Shown piece by piece: positions 49,601-58,699 of a stretch of 64,000 bases of DNA. Numbering within the stretch: the stretch's first letter is position 1; each line of letters starts with the position of its first letter. The DNA is taken from contig OY762069.1 of the NCBI GenBank assembly GCA_963665095.1, forward strand, positions 2,432,001-2,496,000. The letters are read 5' to 3'. The notes beneath the pieces are model-generated. The model saw only the letters and a program-made list of their open reading frames with translations, was not told where the DNA came from and searched no databases. A program made the position numbers and the translations under genes. Origin of the DNA: an uncultured Desulfobacter sp. (lineage in GTDB: Bacteria > Desulfobacterota > Desulfobacteria > Desulfobacterales > Desulfobacteraceae).

Positions 49601-49806
49601 TTGCCGCATCTGGCAAAGACAACTACGGGGTTGTTATCAACAAAAAATATTTTTTCCGCACCTGCTTTTTGGGCTGCAGAAAACCAGTCTCCCAGGTTCA
49701 GCCATTCCTCATCACCAAGGGTTCTTGCGGGTTCTGATACGTCATGCAGTCGCCCCTGCTTGAAGTCAAGTTGTTCTATTGTTGATTCCAGAAGAGTTGT
49801 TACCAT
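46660..49806 (-). CDS. Large gamma-class N6-adenine DNA methyltransferase with TRD (type IIG/Eco57I-like)
   Basis: GAYYTP (X), LDPACGSGIFL (I), GNPPW (IV); long C-terminal specificity region. Confidence 0.88.
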   Translation of the reverse strand: MVTTLLESTIEQLDFKQGRLHDVSEPARTLGDEEWLNLGDWFSAAQKAGAEKIFFVDNNPVVVFARCGKGDFARIEAFNRLWCLSRPRILFLESEGELTVMDMAQPPVRFEESGKLPQLKTLATLKSIKAVSQKLQDFHRDHIESGKLFEQGRFGNIKNRADKALIADLKTVRRELLGLGLQNHVSYVHALIGRSIFIRYLEDRGILNNEYFNKIARGSEEWKNLLSQPLSKELFDFSGTKTFYPRVLQDKSFTYALFRQLSGDFNGDMFPDIDDEERVIEEKHLKLILDLLYGDAGIQKKLFFFSYRFDIIPLDLISAIYEEFYDPASDEKQKKKKARQDGAYYTPPVLAEFVCSRVLSPEILRQNPRILDPACGSGIFLVEAFRRIVRYRIKQTSEMPSFDELKQVLAQQIVGIEVNAEAARITAFSLYLAMLHYLDPPSIIDHIKKGNRLPGLIVPENEYEGQDGSIHVGNAFKIDIKDIDIVLGNPPWGDPGNKADDETINRKNIMLQWCQKRDFPIGNKEPSQAFLWRAKDFLKSGGAGALLVSAGVLFKYSSKSEAFRKKWMDKVCIKEVFNFTHVRKFYFKGANSPFLLIHFKKANQEKTPVEYWSLKQVSALKATQAILLTKYDRSFLIQQDLTDKTTWKINWFGRYADTIFIRSLSGVMLNRLIADNKEGCGRGYQTYEKKMSSKGLPEKTLRVIPERYGTLPLNSTPEFIYNTGPTDAYIGDKIIFNEGITEKGNKNGEILSRFEDTDFSFYRSVYGFKLKSHYKNDYLLIIGILWSSFARYFFFNTSTNWGLWYHKILLGELLHLLLPEKLSQLYSQKIVSIVNNLRDYHPQVRDITCPNGVPQEEIDTTRQEWETELDEAVFDLYDFTDEQRDLIRDCCEVTIPFFYQPYKSVGKMPAVDDKKSLWMLNYADRFAKRWQPYLNEDEVMRADLHIGASGNMVAMEFYPADIGDKWDLTPRIDSWGYVLEEIGKNLPHPMGTSQILLDGIVHIVSDNSIIVIKRNEKRFWTRSLAREDADSTLVKAMKLEIQPNQGGA

Positions 49807-49869
49807 GTCAATTCCTCCTTTGAATCAATGTTTTGACGCTCAAAAAGAAGCACTTAAATTTATCCTTAC

Positions 49870-49924
49870 CAGTGAATCTGTTCATCTTATTTTCTTAATC
49901 TGCGTAATCTGCGGATTATTCAAT
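49870..49924. repeat. Shortened copy of the brxC 3' end / palindrome arm / Schlafen-gene start junction
   Basis: 49898-49924 matches 52239-52265 at 26/27; 49870-49885 matches 52132-52147 at 14/16. Confidence 0.9.
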
Positions 49925-49925
49925 C

Positions 49926-50942
49926 TTAAAGATCCATATCCATTTCACCCGCAATTTTTTCAGCCAACAGCTTAAAATCTTTCCGGGCATCGGCAACGGC
50001 ATTGGCGTGGCTACCGATAGCACCATCTGCGGATGTCAGTCGAAAAATCGGTTTGCGGTGTTCCTGGGCCATGGGAACAAGGCTGCGGTAATGTTTGATT
50101 GTGGCAAGGCAATAGGGGTCATGCTGCTGTTTGATTTTTTTCTCAAGTTTCTCATTCATAACAGACTCCCTGTATACCTGGGGAATACGCTGCACCCATT
50201 TATCATAGGCTTTAACCGGACGATCCAGCCGCACACTGTGTTGCTGGCATAAATACCCGACAGGTTTCATGTCCCCGGCAGGCAAAATAAAATCCGGATA
50301 GTTTTGATGGTCTGAACTTTCCTCCCAGTTAACCAACCGTTTTTTCCACAGGTTCTTCCAGCTTTTCAGGGTGGGTCCCAGGTTTTTTAAGCCCTGCAAA
50401 GAGAACAGGTCCGCCCCAAGAGGGATGGCGACATAATCAGTTGCCAACAGGACGGATCTGTTTATGGCCCCGAGGTTCGGGCCGATATCCACCAGTATGA
50501 TATCAGCCTGGACCTTGGCGGAAGCCTTTTGCATCACCTGCCAGAATGAGCTGAGAATCCGCATGGGACGGTAAAGATTATAATCCCCCATACTGTGAGG
50601 CCATTCGTTTGATAATGAATCCTCAAAACCGGAAAGTTCAACATCACCGGGAAGAAGATAAAGGTCGGTCGCAATATTCTGCAACTTGGGTTCAAGGATA
50701 TCACCCACATCGGTCAACGGCTTTACACATTGATAAATGGTATGCCCTGACCGCTGTTTACTCCATAACGCTTCTATTTCATCTTCAGTCAGAAAAGCAG
50801 CCGTGAGATTTGCCTGGGGATCAATATCAACAACGACCACCCGTTTTCTAAGGGATGCGTACATCCAGGACAAATGGTAGATCAGGGAAGTTTTTCCTAC
50901 CCCGCCTTTATTGTTAAAAAACGTCAAAACCGGTGTCGTCAT
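49926..50942 (-). CDS. ParA/Soj-like ATPase (AAA_31), no parB partner
   Basis: Deviant Walker A NNKGGVGKTS, DIDPQANLT, VDIGPNLG; ATGA overlap with the upstream gene. Confidence 0.88.
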   Translation of the reverse strand: MTTPVLTFFNNKGGVGKTSLIYHLSWMYASLRKRVVVVDIDPQANLTAAFLTEDEIEALWSKQRSGHTIYQCVKPLTDVGDILEPKLQNIATDLYLLPGDVELSGFEDSLSNEWPHSMGDYNLYRPMRILSSFWQVMQKASAKVQADIILVDIGPNLGAINRSVLLATDYVAIPLGADLFSLQGLKNLGPTLKSWKNLWKKRLVNWEESSDHQNYPDFILPAGDMKPVGYLCQQHSVRLDRPVKAYDKWVQRIPQVYRESVMNEKLEKKIKQQHDPYCLATIKHYRSLVPMAQEHRKPIFRLTSADGAIGSHANAVADARKDFKLLAEKIAGEMDMDL

Positions 50943-52147
50943 AATTTGCTCCTGATGATACATTGAACCGTACTCTGGTTGACTTCGAATTGTAATTCAG
51001 GATTCCCATTATCCCTTAATTTTTTGCGGGCAATCTCAATCCCCCTGCCAAAGGCCTGGACATAGCCGAATGTCTTCAGGATATCTGCGATATTGGGATT
51101 GCGATAATCCGTTACACCCGGCGTTCCAAAATTTTCAACAGTGACATTTCCGTAAGGCCCTCCGGGGCTTGTAATCTCAATGCGGTCATTGAACCAGTAA
51201 ACCATTATGGGCGCGTTTGTTTTCTCATAGGTCCTGTGGAGAACCGCATTATAGATAATTTGATGAGCAGCCGCCAGGGGATAGGGTTGCGTTATATCAT
51301 GAGTGGCGGCAGAGGTCACATCAACGGATGTCCGATTGTGGGCGGTTAATTTTTCGTCAATCCGACGTAACATTTCAACAACTGCGCCGCCAATATCTTG
51401 TTCATCGATTACCGGGTCTGCCCATTCAACCCCGTCAATGCGCAGAAATTGAATCCGGGCGCCTGTGATAAAATCCTGGGGGCTTTTACCGATGGCCAGC
51501 AGTCCCATAATTGTCGGTGTCGTATCTGTTGGAGAAACAATTATTTTACAGGATGCCAACCGTTCTTCATAGGTGCGTCCATTTGATTCAAGAATATCCT
51601 CGGCAAAGGCAGCCGGGAGATATTCACTTTCAAAAATCACCCGGGACAGATCCGACAGTGTCGCGGTGGGTACCGGATAAAGATCAAAAGGAAGGCTTTT
51701 GTACCGTCTTTTTTCATTCAATATCCGTTCTTCCTGTTCGTTTGCAATGGAGCGGCGGGGACCCGTTCGGACCCAGATCCGGCCTTCATATTTAACCGGG
51801 GGCATGTCCGAGGGCATCACCGTAACAATTGCCATTTCAGCATTTTTTAAGACACGTTTCTCAACGGACAGAACCGGCAAAGGTAATATGTTTCCATCGG
51901 TCTTCATGTCGGCAAGCGCAATAAGCAACTGGTCGGTGATTTCAAGGTTTGATGGCTCTCCGTTATCTTGCGCGCCTATGAACAACACACCCGGCTCATT
52001 ATATCCGGGCAGATCATTGGCAAAAGCACAAACCGCCTGGCGGGCCTTTTTGGCAATACCTTTGGAGAAGGACTCTTTCCTTTCGGCCCGGTCGGATTCC
52101 AAGTCATTTAATAAGGCCAGTAGTTCATCATCAGTGAGCCTGTTCAT
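50939..52147 (-). CDS. Schlafen/AlbA_2 domain + HATPase_c_4 (RecG-C-like) protein
   Basis: ESDRAERK (ExxxxExK), VCAFAND...GVLFIG; NAVLHRTY, DRIEITSPGG, RNPNIA, GRGI. Confidence 0.85.
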   Translation of the reverse strand: MNRLTDDELLALLNDLESDRAERKESFSKGIAKKARQAVCAFANDLPGYNEPGVLFIGAQDNGEPSNLEITDQLLIALADMKTDGNILPLPVLSVEKRVLKNAEMAIVTVMPSDMPPVKYEGRIWVRTGPRRSIANEQEERILNEKRRYKSLPFDLYPVPTATLSDLSRVIFESEYLPAAFAEDILESNGRTYEERLASCKIIVSPTDTTPTIMGLLAIGKSPQDFITGARIQFLRIDGVEWADPVIDEQDIGGAVVEMLRRIDEKLTAHNRTSVDVTSAATHDITQPYPLAAAHQIIYNAVLHRTYEKTNAPIMVYWFNDRIEITSPGGPYGNVTVENFGTPGVTDYRNPNIADILKTFGYVQAFGRGIEIARKKLRDNGNPELQFEVNQSTVQCIIRSKL

Positions 52148-52183
52148 TATCTTTTCCTATATCCCATATATATCCTGTCAACT

Positions 52184-52257
52184 ATCCGCAGATTACGCTG
52201 ATTCTCGCAGATGATTTTATATATCTTTTTCTGCGTCCATCTGCGTAATCTGCGGAT
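52184..52257. repeat. Imperfect palindrome with 28-bp arms built from a 9-bp GCAGAT unit
   Basis: atccgcagattacgctgattctcgcaga (52184-52211) vs tctgcgtccatctgcgtaatctgcggat (52230-52257), 24/28 complementary. Confidence 0.9.
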
Positions 52258-55200
52258 CATTCAATAACGATCCTCACTTTTGACGGCTCTTTTCCCTGGG
52301 TCAGTTTGTCTATGTAATCCTCAAAACGTTTCTTCATCTCCGAAGGGGTGCCGGGTCCGGAATTGGCCTGGAGTTGTTTTTGCAGGTCTTCAACCTTTAT
52401 GGAAACTTTAACCAATCCGGATAATACTTCTTTCAAGCCATGAACAAAATTACTGTCAATGGGTGTCGGCAATTTTTTAGATTTAAGAAACCCATCCAGT
52501 TTTTTACGGTCATCTACCTTGAGCAAGTCCATATTGGCCTGTGTAATGGGATCTTCCAGGTTTGAATACAAAATCATGGTCCAATTGTTCACAAGCTCAT
52601 CGAGCTGTTCATCAAATTGATCCATTACATTGCTTTGTATAGCCATTTTCGTTTCTAAGGATGGCCTGAAACCACAATGAGGACAAATAGGGGAAGAGTC
52701 CAGATCTTTCTCCATCAGTGAGAAACAGGTTTTCAGCCCGGCCAGCTTGTTCTGGTACTCAGTCAACTGCTGCCTGGGCATCAGATCTATACCCGCCAGT
52801 TTTAACAACGTCTGCAACCGTTGATCATTCATTAATGATGATTTGCGCTTGTCGTCGTTTACCCCTAACCGGGACTGAGTATGCAGATCAACATAAAAAA
52901 CCAGATATTCTTTTTTTAACTTTGACAGTGTTATTCCAATCTCATTGGATTTAGCCGCCACTTCTGACGGCTTGATTCCTTTGAGGGATTCCAGAACGCT
53001 AAGTTTTGCCTGCTTCATATCTACAGTCCATTGGTGATCTGAAGGCAGGACGGCTTCGGCGGTGGTCAGCCAGGATGCCTGTGGCCCATACTCCATTACA
53101 AATTCACGCAGGGCTGCCAATTCATCAGTAACCCTTATGGCCTTTTGATGTTCTAAGATCTCATCAGAACTGTATTTGAAATTTTTAAGTTTCCCCGGTG
53201 ACGAGTAGGCCTGGAGGGATTCAAAAAAGGTTTTTGCTTTGTTCAACGCATCAGATCTGTCCTTGGCACCTGTAATATTGAGAATATCAACACCCCAGAA
53301 CGTAACTCCTTCACGGATAAACTGCTGACTCATAACAATACGCTTAACAAGCTTATTCAATTTTGTCTGGAGTTGCTGAACCGGTTCGTCTTTTCCTTTG
53401 GTTACCATCTGGGCCATGCCGGCGGGTAAACCCACCATCTCAAATAATGTCTTTAACGCCGGTATATTCCAGTCTTTGGGCTGTTCCAGATGTTTGAACC
53501 GGACTAAGTCTTCCAACTTTGCAGCAGCAAGCTGGGGCAATGCGGTAGCATCAAACTTTTTACCCGGCACGGCAAGAACGATTTCCCCTGTATACACCAA
53601 TGAAGCGACAACCACGATCACCCATTCCGGTTCCAGCCTTGAACCACCGGGGTTCATATATTCCAATCCCTGATCATCATGAATGATCTCATTGCGGTTG
53701 ATTACCTGGCCGTGTCCCTTTCCTTTTACAATATCAAGGATGAACCGGGTGTATGGCGATTGGTAGGGATCGATTTTTTCTCCATCGAGAAGGTCTAATG
53801 CATCGAGCACGGCAGTTGCCTGTTTGGTCCGTTTCTGCCCGGCAAGACTTCTGAGTGCGTCCTGGGCAGCCTGTTCCCGGTTGCGCCCCGTAATCAATAC
53901 GGAAAAGAAAGGATAGTCAGGCGCCTGGTTTTCAAAATGCGGGGCCAGACAAATCCCTGATATGGTATTTACAAGGTCACGGAAGTTAATGGTTTCATCA
54001 GGTGCAAGCCCGGTTAAATCCCGTATGGATTTTCCTTGAGCCCATTTTGTCATCGGCTTGGTCCGGCCTTGGTAAGTCACTTCAAAAGCATCTGACATAT
54101 TTTTCTGCAGCCATTGGACCAACTCCCGCAAGAAACCATTTGCCTTTGATTCATATGTTGCTTTAGCGTGACCTGAGGAGGTTTGTGCCAGACCCAGGGC
54201 AGCCGCATAATTCTTTAAAGATGCAGTGAATTCTTCATCTGTCTTTTTCAACCTGAAGAACAGCTCATCGCCTCTTTTCTCATCCGTGAACTTGGGCGGG
54301 TCATTGGGTTGAATAAAATACAGATAAAAATCCCTTTGGGGAACAACGGTTGACCGTTGGTTGGGCGCCCCAAAGAACAGGTATCCTGTTCTGGCGGCTT
54401 TACGATCCTGCCAGGTCAATTCATGCTGCCAGATGCTGTACCCGGTAACGTATGTTGTCGTATCCTGGCATTCCATCACCCGTTTAAGGGCTTCATAATA
54501 AAAACGGTCAAGCTGGGGGTTCCCAAGCGTATCCGCCTTGCTTTCGATAAGCGCATCAAAATCGTCGGTCTTTTTAAGATCTAAATAATATTGCTGGTTG
54601 TTCTTATTATGGGAGATGAACTGCCCACTTACGGTTTTATGGATTTCACGCAGGACCGTTTCTACATGGCCCCGCATATCCTTATCAACTTCATCGCCTC
54701 CAAGTTCAGCAACCATGGCGTCAAACAGGCATAACCGGTCCCTGAGTTCCTCGGCGGTTGCTCCCATGGGAGCATAGATGTCACCGGTTGTCAGTCTGTG
54801 AACGGAAAGCGCATGAATCAGACGAATCGCCATGGGCTTGTATTGCTTTCGGGTAATCGCATTATTGATCCGGGATTCTAACACCTGGCTGCACTCTATG
54901 ACGGCACGGATCTGTGGAATGGATCTAAAAGAGGCATTCTGATTCAACGTATTCCAATAGGAGTCAAATGCAATCAGTCCAGGTTCATCCTGGGGAATCT
55001 GCCTATCAAGCAGGTTCTTCATCCCAAGGGAGAGAGTTTTTAATATTTCCCTTTTCTCAACAACAGTGACCCTTTCAAACGTATCTATATAATCCGGATG
55101 AACAGGAAACAATCTGACGAATTCATCCATTCTTTCATTCATGTTTCCATAAAATTTTGTGAAAGGTAAAAGATAATCACGAATCAAGGACTGCTGCTCT

Positions 55201-55991
55201 GCCGTCTTTTTTAAAAGTCGTTCTGCAACAACGAATTTCACATCATTGCGTGCGATCAGAATCTGTTCAAACCTGTCTTTTACCCTTCGGATGCTGTCTG
55301 CGACAAATGCAAAACCCGGGCTATCAAAAATAGCTTCCTGAACCCCGGCCATGAACCTGAATCTCAAATCTTTACAGACTTCACCAACTTCACGTAAAAA
55401 ATTCAGATCAAGTATTATGTCATGGTCCTTACGTGTTTTGAGAAAATCAAGAAGCTCATCAACGACAAGGAGAAGTCCCTGATCCGGATAAACTTCACCA
55501 AATCGAGTCATCATCTCTTCAAATGCGCTTTTATGGTTTGAAATCGAGTCTGCTTCGGGGAAGACATAATCGACGCCAAGATTATCAAGACTCTCTTCAA
55601 GTTCTGCCACAAGTATGTCACGTAAAGACATGGTAGAGTATCCGATTTCAGTCCGGACGACTTTAAACCGTCCTGCTATCTTTGCAGCCTCTTTTTTGAC
55701 ATTGGGATGATTGATGCTATCCAGTAAAGAGGCATCAGCGGCAACACATGAAATTACAGACATCAGGTGGGATTTACCTGTACCGTAATTCCCGACAATT
55801 AAAAGTCCCTTATTGTCAACAGGCTGATCAAACTGAATCTGTGGAATGGCTAGTTGTGCCATCCTTTCAGCCATTTCATCGGATATCACATAGGTGTCCA
55901 CAAGTTGCTGTGCGGACTGGGACTTGTCCGCATCACGTAGCTGAACAATCGTTTCGATGGGATCAAATTGTATCAGTTCTCCGTATTTCAT
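52257..55991 (-). CDS. brxC: BREX type III ATPase BrxC/PglY (DUF6079 family)
   Basis: [13 protein letters not shown] start, [18 protein letters not shown]-terminal CPHCGFRP; 1244 aa. Confidence 0.9.
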   Translation of the reverse strand: MKYGELIQFDPIETIVQLRDADKSQSAQQLVDTYVISDEMAERMAQLAIPQIQFDQPVDNKGLLIVGNYGTGKSHLMSVISCVAADASLLDSINHPNVKKEAAKIAGRFKVVRTEIGYSTMSLRDILVAELEESLDNLGVDYVFPEADSISNHKSAFEEMMTRFGEVYPDQGLLLVVDELLDFLKTRKDHDIILDLNFLREVGEVCKDLRFRFMAGVQEAIFDSPGFAFVADSIRRVKDRFEQILIARNDVKFVVAERLLKKTAEQQSLIRDYLLPFTKFYGNMNERMDEFVRLFPVHPDYIDTFERVTVVEKREILKTLSLGMKNLLDRQIPQDEPGLIAFDSYWNTLNQNASFRSIPQIRAVIECSQVLESRINNAITRKQYKPMAIRLIHALSVHRLTTGDIYAPMGATAEELRDRLCLFDAMVAELGGDEVDKDMRGHVETVLREIHKTVSGQFISHNKNNQQYYLDLKKTDDFDALIESKADTLGNPQLDRFYYEALKRVMECQDTTTYVTGYSIWQHELTWQDRKAARTGYLFFGAPNQRSTVVPQRDFYLYFIQPNDPPKFTDEKRGDELFFRLKKTDEEFTASLKNYAAALGLAQTSSGHAKATYESKANGFLRELVQWLQKNMSDAFEVTYQGRTKPMTKWAQGKSIRDLTGLAPDETINFRDLVNTISGICLAPHFENQAPDYPFFSVLITGRNREQAAQDALRSLAGQKRTKQATAVLDALDLLDGEKIDPYQSPYTRFILDIVKGKGHGQVINRNEIIHDDQGLEYMNPGGSRLEPEWVIVVVASLVYTGEIVLAVPGKKFDATALPQLAAAKLEDLVRFKHLEQPKDWNIPALKTLFEMVGLPAGMAQMVTKGKDEPVQQLQTKLNKLVKRIVMSQQFIREGVTFWGVDILNITGAKDRSDALNKAKTFFESLQAYSSPGKLKNFKYSSDEILEHQKAIRVTDELAALREFVMEYGPQASWLTTAEAVLPSDHQWTVDMKQAKLSVLESLKGIKPSEVAAKSNEIGITLSKLKKEYLVFYVDLHTQSRLGVNDDKRKSSLMNDQRLQTLLKLAGIDLMPRQQLTEYQNKLAGLKTCFSLMEKDLDSSPICPHCGFRPSLETKMAIQSNVMDQFDEQLDELVNNWTMILYSNLEDPITQANMDLLKVDDRKKLDGFLKSKKLPTPIDSNFVHGLKEVLSGLVKVSIKVEDLQKQLQANSGPGTPSEMKKRFEDYIDKLTQGKEPSKVRIVIE

Positions 55992-56503
55992 GCCGGTCCT
56001 GCCTCTCTTATATTTTTTTCAATATCAATTGTAGATGTCCCATCCATACCTATGATTATTGTGTCTTCGGGGGCATAGGCCTTATATTCAGGATGGTCAG
56101 GTTCTGCATAGATAAGCTTATTTTTTTCGTACACGCCATTCCAGGATGCGACAATGGTCTTGTTCCTGGATAATCCCTGCAACAGTTTTAACGGATCTTG
56201 CTTTAATCCTTCGTCAAATAAGATTTCATTATTATCAAGGATCACTAATGGGCCGGCTTCATTAACGATTGCAGATATCACCTTCGGCAGTCTTAAAATC
56301 CTTCTCTTTGCCGTAAGCTCTAACAATTGTTCAGAAAGGACAATATTTGTATTTATTACCTGTGTCTCATACTCTTTTGCAACATCCGAAAGCACTGCTG
56401 TCTTACCGGAACCGCTTTCTCCCACCACCAATATCAACCTGTTGTATAATTCTTCAGCAGTGGGCAGCATTCCAATTATCTGGTTTTGTACTGACTTAAC
56501 CAT
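55988..56503 (-). CDS. brxF: BREX type III P-loop protein BrxF
   Basis: [42 protein letters not shown] overlap with brxC. Confidence 0.88.
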   Translation of the reverse strand: MVKSVQNQIIGMLPTAEELYNRLILVVGESGSGKTAVLSDVAKEYETQVINTNIVLSEQLLELTAKRRILRLPKVISAIVNEAGPLVILDNNEILFDEGLKQDPLKLLQGLSRNKTIVASWNGVYEKNKLIYAEPDHPEYKAYAPEDTIIIGMDGTSTIDIEKNIREAGPA

Positions 56504-56513
56504 ATTAATTCCC

Positions 56514-56717
56514 CTAATTATCTGAATTAGACCGCTGGGCTTTATTGGCTGCGCAACCTTTTTCAACCCATTCATCAACTTGAATCTTTTTGAATTTCCA
56601 GAGGCGCCCTATCTTATGAGCAGGCATCCCCTTATCATTGATCCACCGATAAATCGTATCTCGTTTGACTCCAAGATATTCTGCAATTTCATCAACTGAC
56701 AACCACCTGTCTTCCAT
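56514..56717 (-). CDS. AlpA/excisionase-family (HTH_17) regulator heading the defence operon
   Basis: WLSVDEIAEYLGVKRDTIYRW...MPAHKIGRLWKF..VDEWV. Confidence 0.88.
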   Translation of the reverse strand: MEDRWLSVDEIAEYLGVKRDTIYRWINDKGMPAHKIGRLWKFKKIQVDEWVEKGCAANKAQRSNSDN

Positions 56718-57662
56718 GTTATTTCCCACCCCATGGTCATTTCAAAGCCTCTTTCTATTGGCTATTATAACCAAAACAGCCTTTTCCAAGCTTAATCAAA
56801 AAGCAATAACTCAAACGAATTACATTGGAGATTACAAAGATAGGGAATAAAAATCAAATCGATTCTTTTCGATTTTAACCTATTTTATTGGGTTGTTTTA
56901 TAATTTAAACTCACCTTGAGGCAACAGACAATACCAACCTCCTGTGATTATAGGGGAAATGATGCTTGTGATAAATCTTGATCTTGTGTTCAGAGGAGGG
57001 GGCGAGGACTATGTCAAATATGAGGTCCGCTTTTCAGAAGAATGAACACAGTAGACTATCCCTGTCAGTACACACTTTTTAAATCCTCAAACCGGCGAGC
57101 AATATTACGTGTATCCTGGGGGTTCCGATTCCTACTAATTCAAATTTTTTAGCAGACCGCAATAATGGTATCTAAGCTCGTTTTTTCTCCCGATCCCCAA
57201 CCACAACATCTGGTATGTGGCCATATTCTGAACTTGTGGGAAAAATCAAGATTATGCCCTGTTAAATATCCTCGAAAGGCAGGACTTACAGAACAAAAAA
57301 AAGGCCCCACATTAACCGCAGAAGCGCCTTGCTTTTGGACCGGTTCAGCCTGGCAGGGTACCAGGGGCTTAAACGGGTCAGATTATGAATTCAACACATG
57401 CCGGATATTACCAGCCAAGGTTTTTAAATTCCAGTCCTCCTGGTCCTCTTCCATCTGCCGGGCCAAGTCAGTCATGAAACGCTCAAGCCGGTCTAACCGG
57501 TTAGAATTAAGATTCTTCCATCCATTTGTGATATTTTATAATTCCCCATTTTTCTTCATCCTCTTCGGTCCATTGATCTTCATTTTTTGGCGGCTTTTTT
57601 TAGGGAAATCAAGTGCATTCACGGCAAGGACATATCTTGTGTCGCTTTGCCCGGGGAAGGGG

Positions 57663-58670
57663 TTAGCTGTATCTCAACTCAAAACCACACAATAAATTCA
57701 TGATCAGCCTTATTATGGTGTCTTTCTGATTCGGTGCTGATTCCGCCACTAACAACGTCAAAGCAGCCAAGCCGGTATCGTTCATTATGGGGTTTCCATC
57801 TGGGTTCAGCAGCCGCCCATTTCGGTGAAGGAAATCCACGAATAAAAAGGCTCCGCTACGCTTATTGCCATCAATGAATGGATGATTCTTAACGACAAAA
57901 TAAAGAAGGTGGGCAGCCTTGCTTTCAATGGTGGGGTAGGCAGGCTCACCAAAAACGGTTTGATCCAGGTTGCCAAATATTCCGGCAAGGCTGTCAGGCT
58001 TGGAAGATTTGGCAAACAAATCTGAAGCCTGCCCCTGATCCATCAATTGAGATTATAACTTTACCAGTGATGCCATTGCATCCTTTGGGCTCAACAACAA
58101 TCCTCCCGCATGCCCTTTAGGATCTTCTAAAAGCCCTTCATCATACTGCTGAAGCCATAGAAAGGTTTGAGTATACCGGCCCATGATATCCACCAGGCCC
58201 CGGCCCATATCTGTCTGCAAAGAAGGCGATTGAGCAGCCCGCCGGATCAGGACAAGCGCCTGTTCAAGTTCTGCTGCATTTTGCTGGAATCGTTGCTGGT
58301 TGACAGAGTATCCTTTAACCAAATACTCCTTTAACCGGTGGGTGGCCCAGATACGAAACCGGGTTCCTTTTATAGAATTAACCCGGTAACCCACCGAGAT
58401 AATGGCGTCCAAATTAAATTATTCCACCTGATACGTCTTTTGATCTGCAGCAGTTGTTGCAAATTTTGCAACAACTGAGTCCCGAACAAGTTCGCCGGTT
58501 TTAAAAATGTTCCTTAAATGTCGGCTTATGCCTGATTTATCCACCCCAAACAATTCAACCATTTGGGCCTGGGATAACCATATAGTATCTTTTTCAAGAC
58601 GAACCTGTATCTCGGTTTGCCCATCGTCTGCCTGATAGATTTCAATCTGCCCGCATTTTGTCCAGGTCAC
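57663..58670 (-). pseudogene. RhuM/Fic-DOC family gene with two in-frame TAA nonsense codons
   Basis: One frame: TIWLSQAQM...TYQVE*FNLDAIISVGYRVNS...KL*SQLMD...HPFIDGNKRSG; stops at 58419-58421 and 58053-58055. Confidence 0.88.
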
Positions 58671-58699
58671 TTTGCCTGGGGCTTAATTTCACCTCAGTA

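Larger units (their letters stand above)
29795..58670. mobile_element. tRNA-Leu-associated accessory/defence island (right boundary approximate)
   Basis: Starts at tRNA 3' end, visibly AT-richer than flanks, carries transposon, phage remnant, BREX and a pseudogene; no integrase or attR found. Confidence 0.65.

Noticed and set aside
49926..50942. Plasmid/chromosome partition locus
   Set aside because: No parB, parS array or rep gene; the ParA-like gene is coupled to a Schlafen-domain gene within BREX.
57165..57695. 176-aa + strand ORF
   Set aside because: No motifs or clear RBS; the region looks like decayed minus-strand coding fragments.
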